Origin: an uncultured Aliarcobacter sp.
Lineage (GTDB): Bacteria; Campylobacterota; Campylobacteria; Campylobacterales; Arcobacteraceae
Direction of reading: 5' to 3'
Assembly (NCBI GenBank): GCA_963677435.1
Contig: OY781945.1
Coordinates: forward strand, 96,001 to 160,000
Length of the DNA stretch: 64,000 bases
Shown here: positions 1 through 10,027 of the stretch, piece after piece
How the letters are laid out: every line of letters begins with the position of its first letter
How positions within the stretch are numbered: position 1 is the stretch's first letter
Translations under genes and position numbers: made by a program
The notes under the pieces: generated by a model
Database searches by the model: none
What the model was told of the DNA's origin: nothing
What the model saw: only the letters and a program-made list of their open reading frames with translations

Positions 1-592
1 CAACTATAAAAATATTTGCTCCAAATTTCTCAAGTTGAACAGCTCCTTGATAAGCAATTACAACTCCCACCAAAAAAGATGTTGTTCCCACAATCAAAAG
101 AGCATTTACAGCAGAACTATCGATATATTTTAACATCGCTTTAAATCGTATTTTATTTGGATTAAAAAGTGAATATATTAAATAATAAAAGACTTTTCCC
201 ACAAAACTTATAAAATCTACACTTGAAAGGTAAAATTCATGGGTTTTTTTGCCGATATTTTCTATTAGATTTTTTTTGATTTTTGTATCTTGATTATTAG
301 TTTGATAATGTTTTTCATAAAATTTATAAATATCTTCAAAAGAGTTTAGATTTTTTAGTGTTATATTCTCTTGTGGGAAAGTTTTAAAAAAAGAGATAAA
401 GTAAATAAATCCTGCATTATCACACTCTTTTAGTTTTTCAAAGTTTACGATTAGTTTTGAGTCTTTTTTAATATTTAATTTTTTTAAGGATTGGATATTT
501 TTAGTTAATGTTTGTTTATTCCAATTATTTATTAAAAAAAGCTCAATAGTGTTATTATCTAATTTTTTTAGTTCAAGAGCAGAATCTTTCAT
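1..592 (-). CDS. mlaE: MlaE-family ABC transporter permease (runs off the window start)
   Basis: Not in the ORF track; translated by hand. ATG at 592 follows AAGGAGG. The reading frame gives ...VNALLIVGTTSFLVGVVIAYQGAVQLEKFGANIFIV, typical of MlaE. Confidence 0.85.
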   Translation of the reverse strand, partial: MKDSALELKKLDNNTIELFLINNWNKQTLTKNIQSLKKLNIKKDSKLIVNFEKLKECDNAGFIYFISFFKTFPQENITLKNLNSFEDIYKFYEKHYQTNNQDTKIKKNLIENIGKKTHEFYLSSVDFISFVGKVFYYLIYSLFNPNKIRFKAMLKYIDSSAVNALLIVGTTSFLVGVVIAYQGAVQLEKFGANIFIV

Positions 593-717
593 AAAACTAT
601 TTTCCTCCTTAATAACAATTACTAATTTATATTATAGTTAGATTTTAGCATATTGTTCACCCTAAAAACATTAAAAAATAACAATAACAAAGGTACAAAA
701 ATTGCATACATAAATCC

Positions 718-1281
718 ATGGATGAAAAATATAAATTAGAAAATTACGAACGATTTTTTGGCGAGTTCAGAGAACATGGCGCACACTGGGATAAAATAGA
801 AAAAAGAACGGCTACTTTGTTTCAAGTACTTATTGATGGGGACTTAAAAGAGCTTGTTTTTGTTTTAAAGTATTATCCAAAATATATAGAAATAGTTTGT
901 GACCATTTTAGATATTTGTACAACTATTCAGCCCAAGAAGCTGATATATTTGCAGCCTCAAAACTTTTAGAGTTAAGTGAGGGTTATCATCAAAAACAGT
1001 TTGTACGAAATTTATTGCGAAAACTAAGCAAAATTGATGAATTTGATATATCCCAATTAAATGCTTTTTTAAATGATTTAATAAAAGACAAAGAGAGACT
1101 TCATCCTATAATTTTGAGTTATTACAAAAATCAAATTGAAAAAAATATTAAAGAAAATAACTACCACAAACTACAAGTTAAGGTTATAGAAAAAAATTTA
1201 GAAAAACTTCCAGTAAATAGTGATTTTGATTTTAGTGCAAACGATAGGGATGCGAACTTAGATATTCCATATATGGATTAA
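718..1281 (+). CDS. hypothetical protein
   Basis: 187-aa ORF with no recognised motif. Confidence 0.7.
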   Translation: MDEKYKLENYERFFGEFREHGAHWDKIEKRTATLFQVLIDGDLKELVFVLKYYPKYIEIVCDHFRYLYNYSAQEADIFAASKLLELSEGYHQKQFVRNLLRKLSKIDEFDISQLNAFLNDLIKDKERLHPIILSYYKNQIEKNIKENNYHKLQVKVIEKNLEKLPVNSDFDFSANDRDANLDIPYMD

Positions 1282-1290
1282 GGAGAAAAA

Positions 1291-1647
1291 ATGGATTTTT
1301 TTAAAAAGGCTTATGATTGGGCACTAACACACAACTTTGAAGAAATTGAAATTGATTATGCTTCAAAACTAGCTTTAAAAATGTTAGATGATAGTTGCCA
1401 AATGACTTCACACGATAGGGAAGTTTTTTTTAATGTTTATGATGCACTTTGTGATAGAGTTGATATAAATTTAGATGATGATGTAAATCATCTTATCCAA
1501 GCAGCAAGAGATAGAACAACCATCTACTCAAAACCAGAACTTGCAAATATTGTTCATGCTTGTAAAGAAGAGATTATTCCAAATATGCTAAGAGTTCACA
1601 TGAAAGCTTTTAAAGCTATGGTTAGAAAAAATATAAATATGCAATAA
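1291..1647 (+). CDS. hypothetical protein
   Basis: 118-aa ORF with a strong AAGGAG RBS; apparently co-transcribed with the upstream ORF. Confidence 0.75.
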   Translation: MDFFKKAYDWALTHNFEEIEIDYASKLALKMLDDSCQMTSHDREVFFNVYDALCDRVDINLDDDVNHLIQAARDRTTIYSKPELANIVHACKEEIIPNMLRVHMKAFKAMVRKNINMQ

Positions 1648-1737
1648 TTTTTTAGGGTAATTTTTTTATTTTGTTATTATAAATTTATCCTTTTTGTACT
1701 ATACTATTTTCTACGAAATCCTACATAAAGGAACTTT

Positions 1738-2694
1738 GTGAAAAAGTTACTTCTACTTTTACCTATTTGCTTATTATATTTTACTGGTTGTTTCCAAGAA
1801 ACAAAAAAAACTAAATTTTATGGAAATGTTGATGTTAGAACTGTCTCTTTAGCTTTTAGAGTTTCAGGAAGAGTTGATACTTTAAATTTTGATGAGGGTC
1901 AAAAATTAAAAAAAGGTGACATAATTGCCACCATTGAAAACTCTATTTTTAAAGAAAACCTAAATCAAATGGATGCTCAAATAAAACTTCAAGAGATTCA
2001 AATTCAAAAACTTGAAAAAGGTTATAGATTTGAAGATATAGAAAAAGCAAAAGCAAAACTCGATGAAGTAAAAGCAAATCTAGATAAAACAAATAAAGAT
2101 TTCAAAAGAGCAGAAGAACTTTCTAAAACAAAATCAATCTCAGTACAATCTTATGATGATGCAAAAGCCTTAGCTTTGGATTTACAAGCCCAATATGATT
2201 ATGCAAAAAGCTCTTTAGAACTTCTTCAAAATGGTTATGAAAAAGAGGATATCTTAAGCGCTAAAGCAACACTAGAATCCCTAAAAGCCCAAAGAAATAT
2301 CTTACAAATAAATTATGATGATACCGTTTTATATTCACCTGTTGATGGAACAATCATCACAAAAGTATATGAACCAGGCTCAATAGTAAATAGTTCTCAA
2401 ACTGTTGTAGAGATTGCAAAAAGTGATGATTATTGGGTAAGAAGTTATTTAAGTGAAAAATATTTAGGTCTTGTAAAAGCTGGAATGAAAGCAGTTATCA
2501 CAACAGATGGAAATAAAACTTATGAAGGAGTTGTGAGTTTTATCTCCCCACTTGCAGAATTCACACCAAAAACTGTGCAAACAGAAGATTTACGAACTGA
2601 TTTGGTTTACAGATTTAGAATTATTGTAAAGAATGTTGATGATAATCTAAAACAAGGAATGCCAGTAACCATCACTTTCCCTGAAATCAACTAA
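1738..2694 (+). CDS. HlyD-family membrane fusion protein (YbhG-like)
   Basis: GNVDVRTVSLAFRVSGR, a coiled-coil hairpin and AEFTPKTVQTEDLRTDLVYR. Confidence 0.9.
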   Translation: MKKLLLLLPICLLYFTGCFQETKKTKFYGNVDVRTVSLAFRVSGRVDTLNFDEGQKLKKGDIIATIENSIFKENLNQMDAQIKLQEIQIQKLEKGYRFEDIEKAKAKLDEVKANLDKTNKDFKRAEELSKTKSISVQSYDDAKALALDLQAQYDYAKSSLELLQNGYEKEDILSAKATLESLKAQRNILQINYDDTVLYSPVDGTIITKVYEPGSIVNSSQTVVEIAKSDDYWVRSYLSEKYLGLVKAGMKAVITTDGNKTYEGVVSFISPLAEFTPKTVQTEDLRTDLVYRFRIIVKNVDDNLKQGMPVTITFPEIN

Positions 2695-2695
2695 T

Positions 2696-4396
2696 ATGTC
2701 AATACTTTCAATAAAAAATCTCTCAAAAAGTTTTGATAAACAAAAGGCCTTAAATAACATATCTTTTGATATAAAACCAAATAAAATCACAGGAATCGTT
2801 GGACCTGATGGTGCAGGAAAAACTACCCTTTTGAGGATTTTAAGTGGCCTTTTAACCTATGAAGCCAAAAATATAGAGATTTTAGATTTAGATTTGCAAA
2901 CAAATATTCATATTATTCAAGAACAAATAGGTTATATGCCTCAGAAATTTGGTTTATATGAGGATTTAAGTGTGGAAGAAAACTTACGATTGTTTGCAGA
3001 TTTACAATCAATTCCTTTAGATAATCTTCAAAATAGAATAGATGAGTTACTTCATTTTACTTCCCTTTTTAAATTTAAAAATTTTCTTGCAAAAAATCTT
3101 TCGGGTGGAATGAAACAAAAACTAGGACTTGCAAGTGCCTTGATTAAAAAACCAAAACTCCTACTTCTTGATGAACCAGGAGTTGGAGTTGACCCCATTT
3201 CAAGAAAAGAGCTTTGGAGTATGGTTGAAAATCTCACAAAAGAGAATGTAACTGTTTTATGGAGTACAGCTTATCTTGATGAAGCTGAACTTTGTGATGA
3301 AGTTTTACTTTTAAATGAGGGTGATATTCTTTTTTTTGGTAATCCAGATATTTTAAAAGATGGTATGAAAGATAGAGTTTTTGACATAGTTGGAGATATA
3401 AAAGACAAAAGAGAAACTCTTCAATTAGCTTTAAAATATGATTATATAAAAGATGCTTTGATTTTAGGAAATAGTATAAAAGTCATTTGCGATGAATCAC
3501 TAAAGTTACCAGAACTAAAAGATATAAAAGCTTCAAATTGTGTTTATGAAAAAGCAATTCCTACTTTTGAAGATGGTTTTATGAATATTTTAAAAGCCAA
3601 TTTTGATGGTATTTCAAAACTTGCAGAACAGATAAAGTTTATAGAAACCACAGAAGAAAATGTTATCGAAGTTAAAAATCTTACTAAAAAGTTTGGCTCT
3701 TTTACAGCAACAGATGACATAAGTTTTAAGATAAAAAAAGGACAAATATTTGGACTTCTTGGACCAAATGGAGCTGGAAAATCTACAACTTTTAAAATGC
3801 TTTGTGGTTTACTAAAACCCTCAAGTGGAGAAGCAAGTGTTTTGGGTTATAACTTTATGAACTCCTCTTTAAAAGCTAGATGGAGAATTGGTTATATGTC
3901 TCAAAAGTTTTCACTTTATGCTGATATTAGTGTTTTTGAAAATCTAAAATTTTATGCAGGTATTTATGGACTAAAACATGAAAAGAAGAAAGAAAAAATA
4001 ACTAATATGTTAGAAATTTTTGATTTGAATAGATTTAAAAATACTCAAGCAAAAGATTTACCCTTAGGATATAAACAACGACTTGCCCTTGCTTGTGCAG
4101 TTATGCACGACCCAGCTGTACTTTTTTTGGATGAGCCCACAAGTGGAGTTGACCCAATCACAAGAAGAGAGTTTTGGAATCATATTTACGCAATGGTGCA
4201 AAAAGGAATGACAATTATGGTTACCACTCACTTTATGCAAGAAGCAGAATATTGTGACCAAATAGCTTTGATTTACAAAGGAAAAGCAATTGCCATTGAT
4301 TCACCCCACGAATTAATCTTAAAAGTCTCACCAAATGCAACTATGCAAGAGGCATTTATCGAACTTATAAAAAGAAGTGACGATGATGAAATTTAG
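2696..4396 (+). CDS. dual-domain ABC ATP-binding protein (YbhF-like)
   Basis: Two Walker A motifs (GPDGAGKT, GPNGAGKS), LSGGMKQK and two LDEP motifs. Confidence 0.93.
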   Translation: MSILSIKNLSKSFDKQKALNNISFDIKPNKITGIVGPDGAGKTTLLRILSGLLTYEAKNIEILDLDLQTNIHIIQEQIGYMPQKFGLYEDLSVEENLRLFADLQSIPLDNLQNRIDELLHFTSLFKFKNFLAKNLSGGMKQKLGLASALIKKPKLLLLDEPGVGVDPISRKELWSMVENLTKENVTVLWSTAYLDEAELCDEVLLLNEGDILFFGNPDILKDGMKDRVFDIVGDIKDKRETLQLALKYDYIKDALILGNSIKVICDESLKLPELKDIKASNCVYEKAIPTFEDGFMNILKANFDGISKLAEQIKFIETTEENVIEVKNLTKKFGSFTATDDISFKIKKGQIFGLLGPNGAGKSTTFKMLCGLLKPSSGEASVLGYNFMNSSLKARWRIGYMSQKFSLYADISVFENLKFYAGIYGLKHEKKKEKITNMLEIFDLNRFKNTQAKDLPLGYKQRLALACAVMHDPAVLFLDEPTSGVDPITRREFWNHIYAMVQKGMTIMVTTHFMQEAEYCDQIALIYKGKAIAIDSPHELILKVSPNATMQEAFIELIKRSDDDEI

Positions 4397-5495
4397 AAGA
4401 TTCAAAGCTTTATTTATAAAAGAGAGTTACCAAATCATAAGAGATCCTAGCTCAATATTAATAGCTGTAGTTTTGCCTTTGATTTTACTTTTTTTGATGG
4501 GTTATGCAATTTCACTTGACTCAAAAAATATTCCTGTTGGTGTGGTAGTGGAACAATCTTCAAAATACTCTATGAGTTTTTTAAATGCCTTTAGAATGTC
4601 AAATAGTTTTAATGTACAAGTAGGAAATAATCGAATGGATTTTGAAGATAAACTTCAAGAAGGAACTATTCGTGCCATAATAGTTATTCCCTCAACTTTT
4701 GCCAAAGATTTAGAGACACAAAATACAAAAATCCAAGTCCTAGCAGATGGAAGTGAACCAAACATCGCAGGTTTTGTTCAAAAATATACAAATGGAGTTT
4801 GGAGTAACTGGCTTGTTCAAGAGGGTTTTACTAAAAAATCAACTAGCTCATCTTTGGATATTCAAACAAGATATTGGTTTAACGCTCCACTTCTTAGCTC
4901 ATATTTTTTATTACCAGGTTCAATTGCTATTATCTTAACTCTAATTGGTACTCTTTTAACGGCTTTAGTGGTTGCTAGAGAGTGGGAAAGAGGAACGATG
5001 GAAGCCATCATGTCCACACCAATAACAATCACGGAACTACTTTTAGGAAAAGTTTTGCCCTACTTTGTACTTGCTATGATTTCGATGTTTATTTGTGTTT
5101 GTATTGCTATATTTTGGTTTGAGATACCATTTAGAGGTTCTGTTTTTTTACTTGTTCTTACCTCATCTTTGTATTTAATTCCTGCACTTGGTCTTGGGCT
5201 TTTGATTTCAACACTAGCAAAAAATCAGTTTGTGGCAGCTCAAGCTGCACTTTTAGTTGGATTTTTACCAGCTTTTTTACTTTCTGGTTTTATCTTTCAA
5301 ATCAGCAGTATGCCAGTATGGCTTCAATATTTAACCCACATTATTCCAGCTAGATATTTTATAGAGATTTTGCAATGTATATTTTTAAGTGGAGATATTT
5401 ACGAAGTTATTCTTCCAAATGTAATAGCCATGTTAGTGGTGGGAATTGTTATCTTTTCTATCATATTTAAAATTACAAGAAAAAGGTTGGACTGA
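4377..5495 (+). CDS. ABC-2 exporter permease (YbhS-like)
   Basis: KESYQIIRD, AREWERGTME and multiple TM segments; the start may be the ATG at 4383 or 4386. Confidence 0.9.
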   Translation: MTMMKFRRFKALFIKESYQIIRDPSSILIAVVLPLILLFLMGYAISLDSKNIPVGVVVEQSSKYSMSFLNAFRMSNSFNVQVGNNRMDFEDKLQEGTIRAIIVIPSTFAKDLETQNTKIQVLADGSEPNIAGFVQKYTNGVWSNWLVQEGFTKKSTSSSLDIQTRYWFNAPLLSSYFLLPGSIAIILTLIGTLLTALVVAREWERGTMEAIMSTPITITELLLGKVLPYFVLAMISMFICVCIAIFWFEIPFRGSVFLLVLTSSLYLIPALGLGLLISTLAKNQFVAAQAALLVGFLPAFLLSGFIFQISSMPVWLQYLTHIIPARYFIEILQCIFLSGDIYEVILPNVIAMLVVGIVIFSIIFKITRKRLD

Positions 5496-6589
5496 TGGTT
5501 TGGATTTTTCAATTATTAGCTTTGATGAAAAAAGAGTTTTTAGCCATTTGGAGTGATAAAAAATCTAGAACTATTATTATAATTCCACCTTTAATGCAAC
5601 TTTTTCTTTTTTCTTTTGCAGTTACACTTGAAGTAAAAAATATAGATATTGCAGTTTTAGATAGAGACAATAGTGTAAAAAGCCAAGAGATAATAAGAAA
5701 TTTATCTTATAGCAACTCTTTTACAAATATCTATAGATTAGATAGCCAAGAACAACTAAAAGAGTATATAGATACTCAAAAAGTTTTATTAGCTATTTCT
5801 ATTCCTCAAAATTTCGCTCAAAAAATAGCAAAAGATGAAGATGTAACAATACAAATCATAGGCGATGGAAGAAAATCAAATAGCGCCCAAATTGCCCAAA
5901 GTTATGTGCAATTAGCTATTTCAAAAGTAGTAAACAAACAATCAATATCAAACACAATAATTAACCGAAATTTATACAATCCAAACCTAGATAACTTTTG
6001 GTGGATACTTCCAAATCTAATGGGAAGTTTATCAATGCTAATCGCTTTATTATTAACAGCATTATCAGTTGCAAGGGAGAGAGAATTAGGAACTTTTGAG
6101 CAACTTTTAGTTTCACCTCTTTCTTCAACCCTTTTAATAATTGGAAAAACAATTCCACCACTTTTAATAAGTGCATTTGAAGCTATTATCATATATCTTG
6201 TGGCAATAACATATTTTGAAGTTCCCTTTGTAGGCTCAATGCTCATACTTTTTTTAGGATTACTTGCTTTTTTATTTTCAATAGTTGGACTTGGACTTTT
6301 TATCTCTTCAATCTCATCAACCCAACAACAAGGGATTTTGGGTGCATTTGTGCTAATGGTTCCATATATTTTGATGTCAGGGTTTGCAACACCAGTTGAA
6401 AACATGCCCCAATGGTTAATCCCATTTACTGATGTTATCTCTTTAAAATATTTCTTGATTTTATTAAAAGGTGTATTCCTAAAAGATATAAGTTTTGATA
6501 TGGCTATTTCACTAATAGTTCCAATGTTGGCTTTAGGTTTTATATCCTTGATTTTTGCCTCGTGGATGTTTAGGAAAAAGATTCAATAG
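5495..6589 (+). CDS. ABC-2 exporter permease (YbhR-like)
   Basis: ARERELGTFEQLLVSP, SGFATPVENMP. Confidence 0.9.
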   Translation: MVWIFQLLALMKKEFLAIWSDKKSRTIIIIPPLMQLFLFSFAVTLEVKNIDIAVLDRDNSVKSQEIIRNLSYSNSFTNIYRLDSQEQLKEYIDTQKVLLAISIPQNFAQKIAKDEDVTIQIIGDGRKSNSAQIAQSYVQLAISKVVNKQSISNTIINRNLYNPNLDNFWWILPNLMGSLSMLIALLLTALSVARERELGTFEQLLVSPLSSTLLIIGKTIPPLLISAFEAIIIYLVAITYFEVPFVGSMLILFLGLLAFLFSIVGLGLFISSISSTQQQGILGAFVLMVPYILMSGFATPVENMPQWLIPFTDVISLKYFLILLKGVFLKDISFDMAISLIVPMLALGFISLIFASWMFRKKIQ

Positions 6590-6590
6590 G

Positions 6591-6614
6591 AAAGATTCTT
6601 AGGGTTGAATCTTT
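6591..6614. terminator. hairpin between convergent genes (candidate bidirectional terminator)
   Basis: AAAGATTC-N8-GAATCTTT. Confidence 0.5.
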
Positions 6615-7518
6615 ATATCAAATCTAACTCTTCACTTATGTCTTTGATTAGTTTTGAAAGTGGGCGTTTGTTTATGTCTTTATCATCTATGTATCCACCA
6701 GTTATGTGTCTTAAAACATCTTCACGGTTTTTGAATAATGTTCCCTCATATTGATGAAATAAATCATCAATATAAGAGTCAGGATAAATCTCTCTTTTTT
6801 GGATTAATTCTAAAACTATATCTTTATGTTCTTGATATAAAGTTTCTAAAGCAAAATCTTCTTTTATTTTTTTTGCTTTATCATCTATTGTTTCAAGTTT
6901 TAAATCAAAGCCTTTTTCATCATAAAAAAATTTACTATTTATAATTTTTAATCTGAATTTTGCATAATCATTAAAACTATCTTTGTATGGATGAAGATGT
7001 GTAATTGTTGAGAATTTAGCTGTACTTTTCAATCTTGAATTACACAAAATACAAGATGGTATCAAATTATAAAATGACAAGGCTAAAACAGGATGTGTTC
7101 CTTTGTCATAAAAATGGTCAAAATCAGGCCTTGTCGATTTACTATTTTTATCTTTTATTGTAAAAGTATAATTTCTATTACAATAAGGACAAACATTTAT
7201 TTTTAGTTTTTGAGCTAAATCATAAGCATTATAAGTAGTAGTTCCTTTTGATGAAAATTTGGTATATCCAATACTTCCACCACAATCTTTCCCACCAACA
7301 AATGCTTTTTTTAATCTGCTATTGTCGATATTATTTTGTTTTATTATAGATATAACTTTTTCAAATTCTTCAGGTTTAGCTTTTAAAATATATTCAATAT
7401 TTTGTTTTATAAAAGATTTTTCTCTGTTTTGTAAAACTTCAAAATTTATATATTGTTGTACTTTTTCTACATGATTTTTTAAAATCTCTTCTTCATTCTC
7501 AAAATGGATTTTAATCAT
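6613..7518 (-). CDS. HNH endonuclease (PtuB/Septu-like)
   Basis: CPYCN...DFDHFYDK...SFYNLIPSCILCNS: zinc-binding CxxC pairs with an HNH core. Confidence 0.85.
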   Translation of the reverse strand: MIKIHFENEEEILKNHVEKVQQYINFEVLQNREKSFIKQNIEYILKAKPEEFEKVISIIKQNNIDNSRLKKAFVGGKDCGGSIGYTKFSSKGTTTYNAYDLAQKLKINVCPYCNRNYTFTIKDKNSKSTRPDFDHFYDKGTHPVLALSFYNLIPSCILCNSRLKSTAKFSTITHLHPYKDSFNDYAKFRLKIINSKFFYDEKGFDLKLETIDDKAKKIKEDFALETLYQEHKDIVLELIQKREIYPDSYIDDLFHQYEGTLFKNREDVLRHITGGYIDDKDINKRPLSKLIKDISEELDLI

Positions 7519-7871
7519 TATTCAAAATCAACACTAAGTTTTAAGATCTTCTCTTCAAGTTCTTCTAATCCACTTCTTAAAATATCTTCTACTATTTCTA
7601 ATCTAACTCTTTCATAATCGTGAGCTATAAAGTTCCTTACATCATAAGAGCCTTTGGCTTCTTGTTCTAAATCATATTTTTTGATTATATCTTTATCGAT
7701 TTTATTTAGACTTTCGCCAATTTGAAGTAAGGCCATCAAGATTGCAGGTTGGGCTTCAAGTTCATCTTCTAAAGCTCTTACAATTCCTCCATGTTTTGTG
7801 ATAATTCTTTTAATGTTATCTATCATTTTTAAGATAAATTTTGTTTTTGCATAAACTGAAATATTAGACAT
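7518..7871 (-). CDS. HEPN ribonuclease toxin, HepT/DUF86 family
   Basis: LQIGE motif and RNFIAHDY (Rx4HxY). Confidence 0.85.
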   Translation of the reverse strand: MSNISVYAKTKFILKMIDNIKRIITKHGGIVRALEDELEAQPAILMALLQIGESLNKIDKDIIKKYDLEQEAKGSYDVRNFIAHDYERVRLEIVEDILRSGLEELEEKILKLSVDFE

Positions 7872-8181
7872 ATTTCACTTCTTTTAAAATAAACTCTTTC
7901 CCTATCTCATTTAAAGAGTCTTTATCTACAAAATCAACCTCTTTGTTTAACTCATTTTTTAAAAACTCTTTTGTATCTGCAAGTTTTGAAAAAGCACTAA
8001 AACCTTTGTATTTTCCCATAAACTCTTTTATGTCTTTTATCTCATAAAGTATGTCTATATCGCTATTGTTTGTATAATCACCTCTAGCGTAAGAACCAAA
8101 AACTCCAAGAATATTTATGCCATCATTAGAAAGAGTTGGTTTAATAAGTCTTAGTTTTTCATAAATATCATTTATACTCAT
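7864..8181 (-). CDS. minimal nucleotidyltransferase (MntA-type antitoxin)
   Basis: GVFGSYARGDYTNNSDIDIL (GSx10DxD) and a C-terminal VDFV. Confidence 0.9.
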   Translation of the reverse strand: MSINDIYEKLRLIKPTLSNDGINILGVFGSYARGDYTNNSDIDILYEIKDIKEFMGKYKGFSAFSKLADTKEFLKNELNKEVDFVDKDSLNEIGKEFILKEVKYV

Positions 8182-9881
8182 TTTTCATCCTTTGGCTCTA
8201 ATTTTTCTAATCTTTCAGTTAAAAGTTTTATTTCGTCTTTTATTGTATCAATTTCTGTTTTATTTGACAACTCCATTTTATTCTTTAACATTCGTTGAAG
8301 TTCTCTTTTTATAATTGGTTCACCTATTATATCTATAATATTTTGGGCGTCCTTATCAGTTGTTATGGTACTTTTTTTGTCATTGTTTAAATATTTTATT
8401 ACATCATCAATTTTATCTTTTGCAAACTCACCCATAAGTCCATCTTTCATAAAAAATCCATGAGAAAGTAAAGTATGGATATTTGCTCCAAAAGTTTGTT
8501 TTCCATCATCAAAAGGATAAACTTGTTTTCCTTTTTCTAGAAAAATAACATTTTGTTTTGGTAAATCTGAAAGGATAAATGGTGAGTGAGTTGCAAACAT
8601 AAGATGATGTTTTTCGTTTTCACTAAATAATAAAATTATCTTATTTATAAGATTTAAGTATTTCCTTTGCCACTCAGGATGAAGTAAAGCTTCAATCTCA
8701 TCAAATAAAAATAAAGTATTTATATCTTTATTTTCTCTTATATATTTATAAATCTTTGCTAATAAATCTAATATTAGCATTTCACCTGAGCTCATATTTC
8801 TTATTTGTAAATCAACAATCCAATTCAAATCAAAAATTTCTAATATATCAATTTTGTCAAATAATTCTAAAAATTCTTCATCACAATCAGATATATTAAT
8901 CCAAAAGTATCTAAATAAATTTAATCTTATTCCATCTTTTCTGGTATTGATTAATTCTTTATTTGATATTTGAATAAATTTATTTATGAATTTCATTAAA
9001 AAAGGAGCTTCATCTGAGAAATATTTTTCAATCTTTTCTATAAAATTTTCTTCTGAAAATTCTGTAATATGAAAAAAGTTAATAAATTCTGGATCAAATT
9101 GTTCAAACTCTTCAAATAAAGTAAGCCAAAAATGAACTAACAAAAAATCTTTCTCATTTCTATTCTTTTTTATATTAGTTTTTTTTGAAAAAAACTTATA
9201 GACTTCTTCACTTTTAACTAAAGTATAAGAAATTTTTTTCATTTTTTCTATTGTAGATAATTTTGGATAAAATTCTATTTCTTTTGATAAATTTAGATTT
9301 AACTCTTTAAAATATTTTTCATCTAAATTTTTATACAAAAAAATTATATTCTTTATACTTCGATTAATTATACTCTTTTGGGAAATCAAATCATAATCTT
9401 CTAAAAATCCATAGTAACTCATTTTATCTTTATTTCTTAAATAACTATTTTTATCAAATATTGAACTTGTATAATAAAATATTTTTCCATTTAAAAATTC
9501 CTTTGTACTTTTAATTATTTCTTTTTTTAATAAATGACAATAATCAAAATTTATTTTTATTTTAGAAAGATTTAAAATTTTAATACTATTATTTTCATAA
9601 ATTATTAAAATAAGCCCCGTAGAATAATAACTATTTAGTAAAAGCTCATTTATTTGCTTGAAAATACTACTCTTTCCACTCCCATTTTCACCAACAATAG
9701 CAGTAACATTTATATTATCACCAAAAAAATTCTTAGGATAAAATTCACCCGTTTCATCTTTATCAACAACTTTTAATTCTTTTGTATCTTCATCATACTC
9801 ACACCTAAACCTAGGCGAAAAATTAAACCCTTGCTTTTGTATATTCTTATAATTCTTTACCCACAAATAAACCAATTCCAT
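8178..9881 (-). CDS. ABC/AAA-family ATPase (PtuA/Septu-like, AAA_15/AAA_21 type)
   Basis: Walker A GENGSGKS, signature MSSGE, Walker B FLFDEIEALLHPEWQ, H-loop ATHSPF, TFGANIH. The likely start is MELVYLWV at 9881; the ORF track extends it to 9935. Confidence 0.85.
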   Translation of the reverse strand: MELVYLWVKNYKNIQKQGFNFSPRFRCEYDEDTKELKVVDKDETGEFYPKNFFGDNINVTAIVGENGSGKSSIFKQINELLLNSYYSTGLILIIYENNSIKILNLSKIKINFDYCHLLKKEIIKSTKEFLNGKIFYYTSSIFDKNSYLRNKDKMSYYGFLEDYDLISQKSIINRSIKNIIFLYKNLDEKYFKELNLNLSKEIEFYPKLSTIEKMKKISYTLVKSEEVYKFFSKKTNIKKNRNEKDFLLVHFWLTLFEEFEQFDPEFINFFHITEFSEENFIEKIEKYFSDEAPFLMKFINKFIQISNKELINTRKDGIRLNLFRYFWINISDCDEEFLELFDKIDILEIFDLNWIVDLQIRNMSSGEMLILDLLAKIYKYIRENKDINTLFLFDEIEALLHPEWQRKYLNLINKIILLFSENEKHHLMFATHSPFILSDLPKQNVIFLEKGKQVYPFDDGKQTFGANIHTLLSHGFFMKDGLMGEFAKDKIDDVIKYLNNDKKSTITTDKDAQNIIDIIGEPIIKRELQRMLKNKMELSNKTEIDTIKDEIKLLTERLEKLEPKDEK

Positions 9882-10027
9882 TAAAAACTCTTTTGCTATT
9901 ATTTTATTACTAATCATAGTTAAAATGTTATTCAAAATTCCTTTTTAAAATACTCTTTTATTTTCTAATCCCTCTTTTTTCCTCCTATTAGTTTATATAC
10001 TTTTACATAAACTAAAAAGGATTAACT

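Noticed and set aside
6613..10027. Retron (type I-A) interpretation of the ATPase-HNH genes
   Set aside because: No reverse transcriptase ORF is in the window, and no msr/msd-like inverted repeats are visible in the short upstream region.
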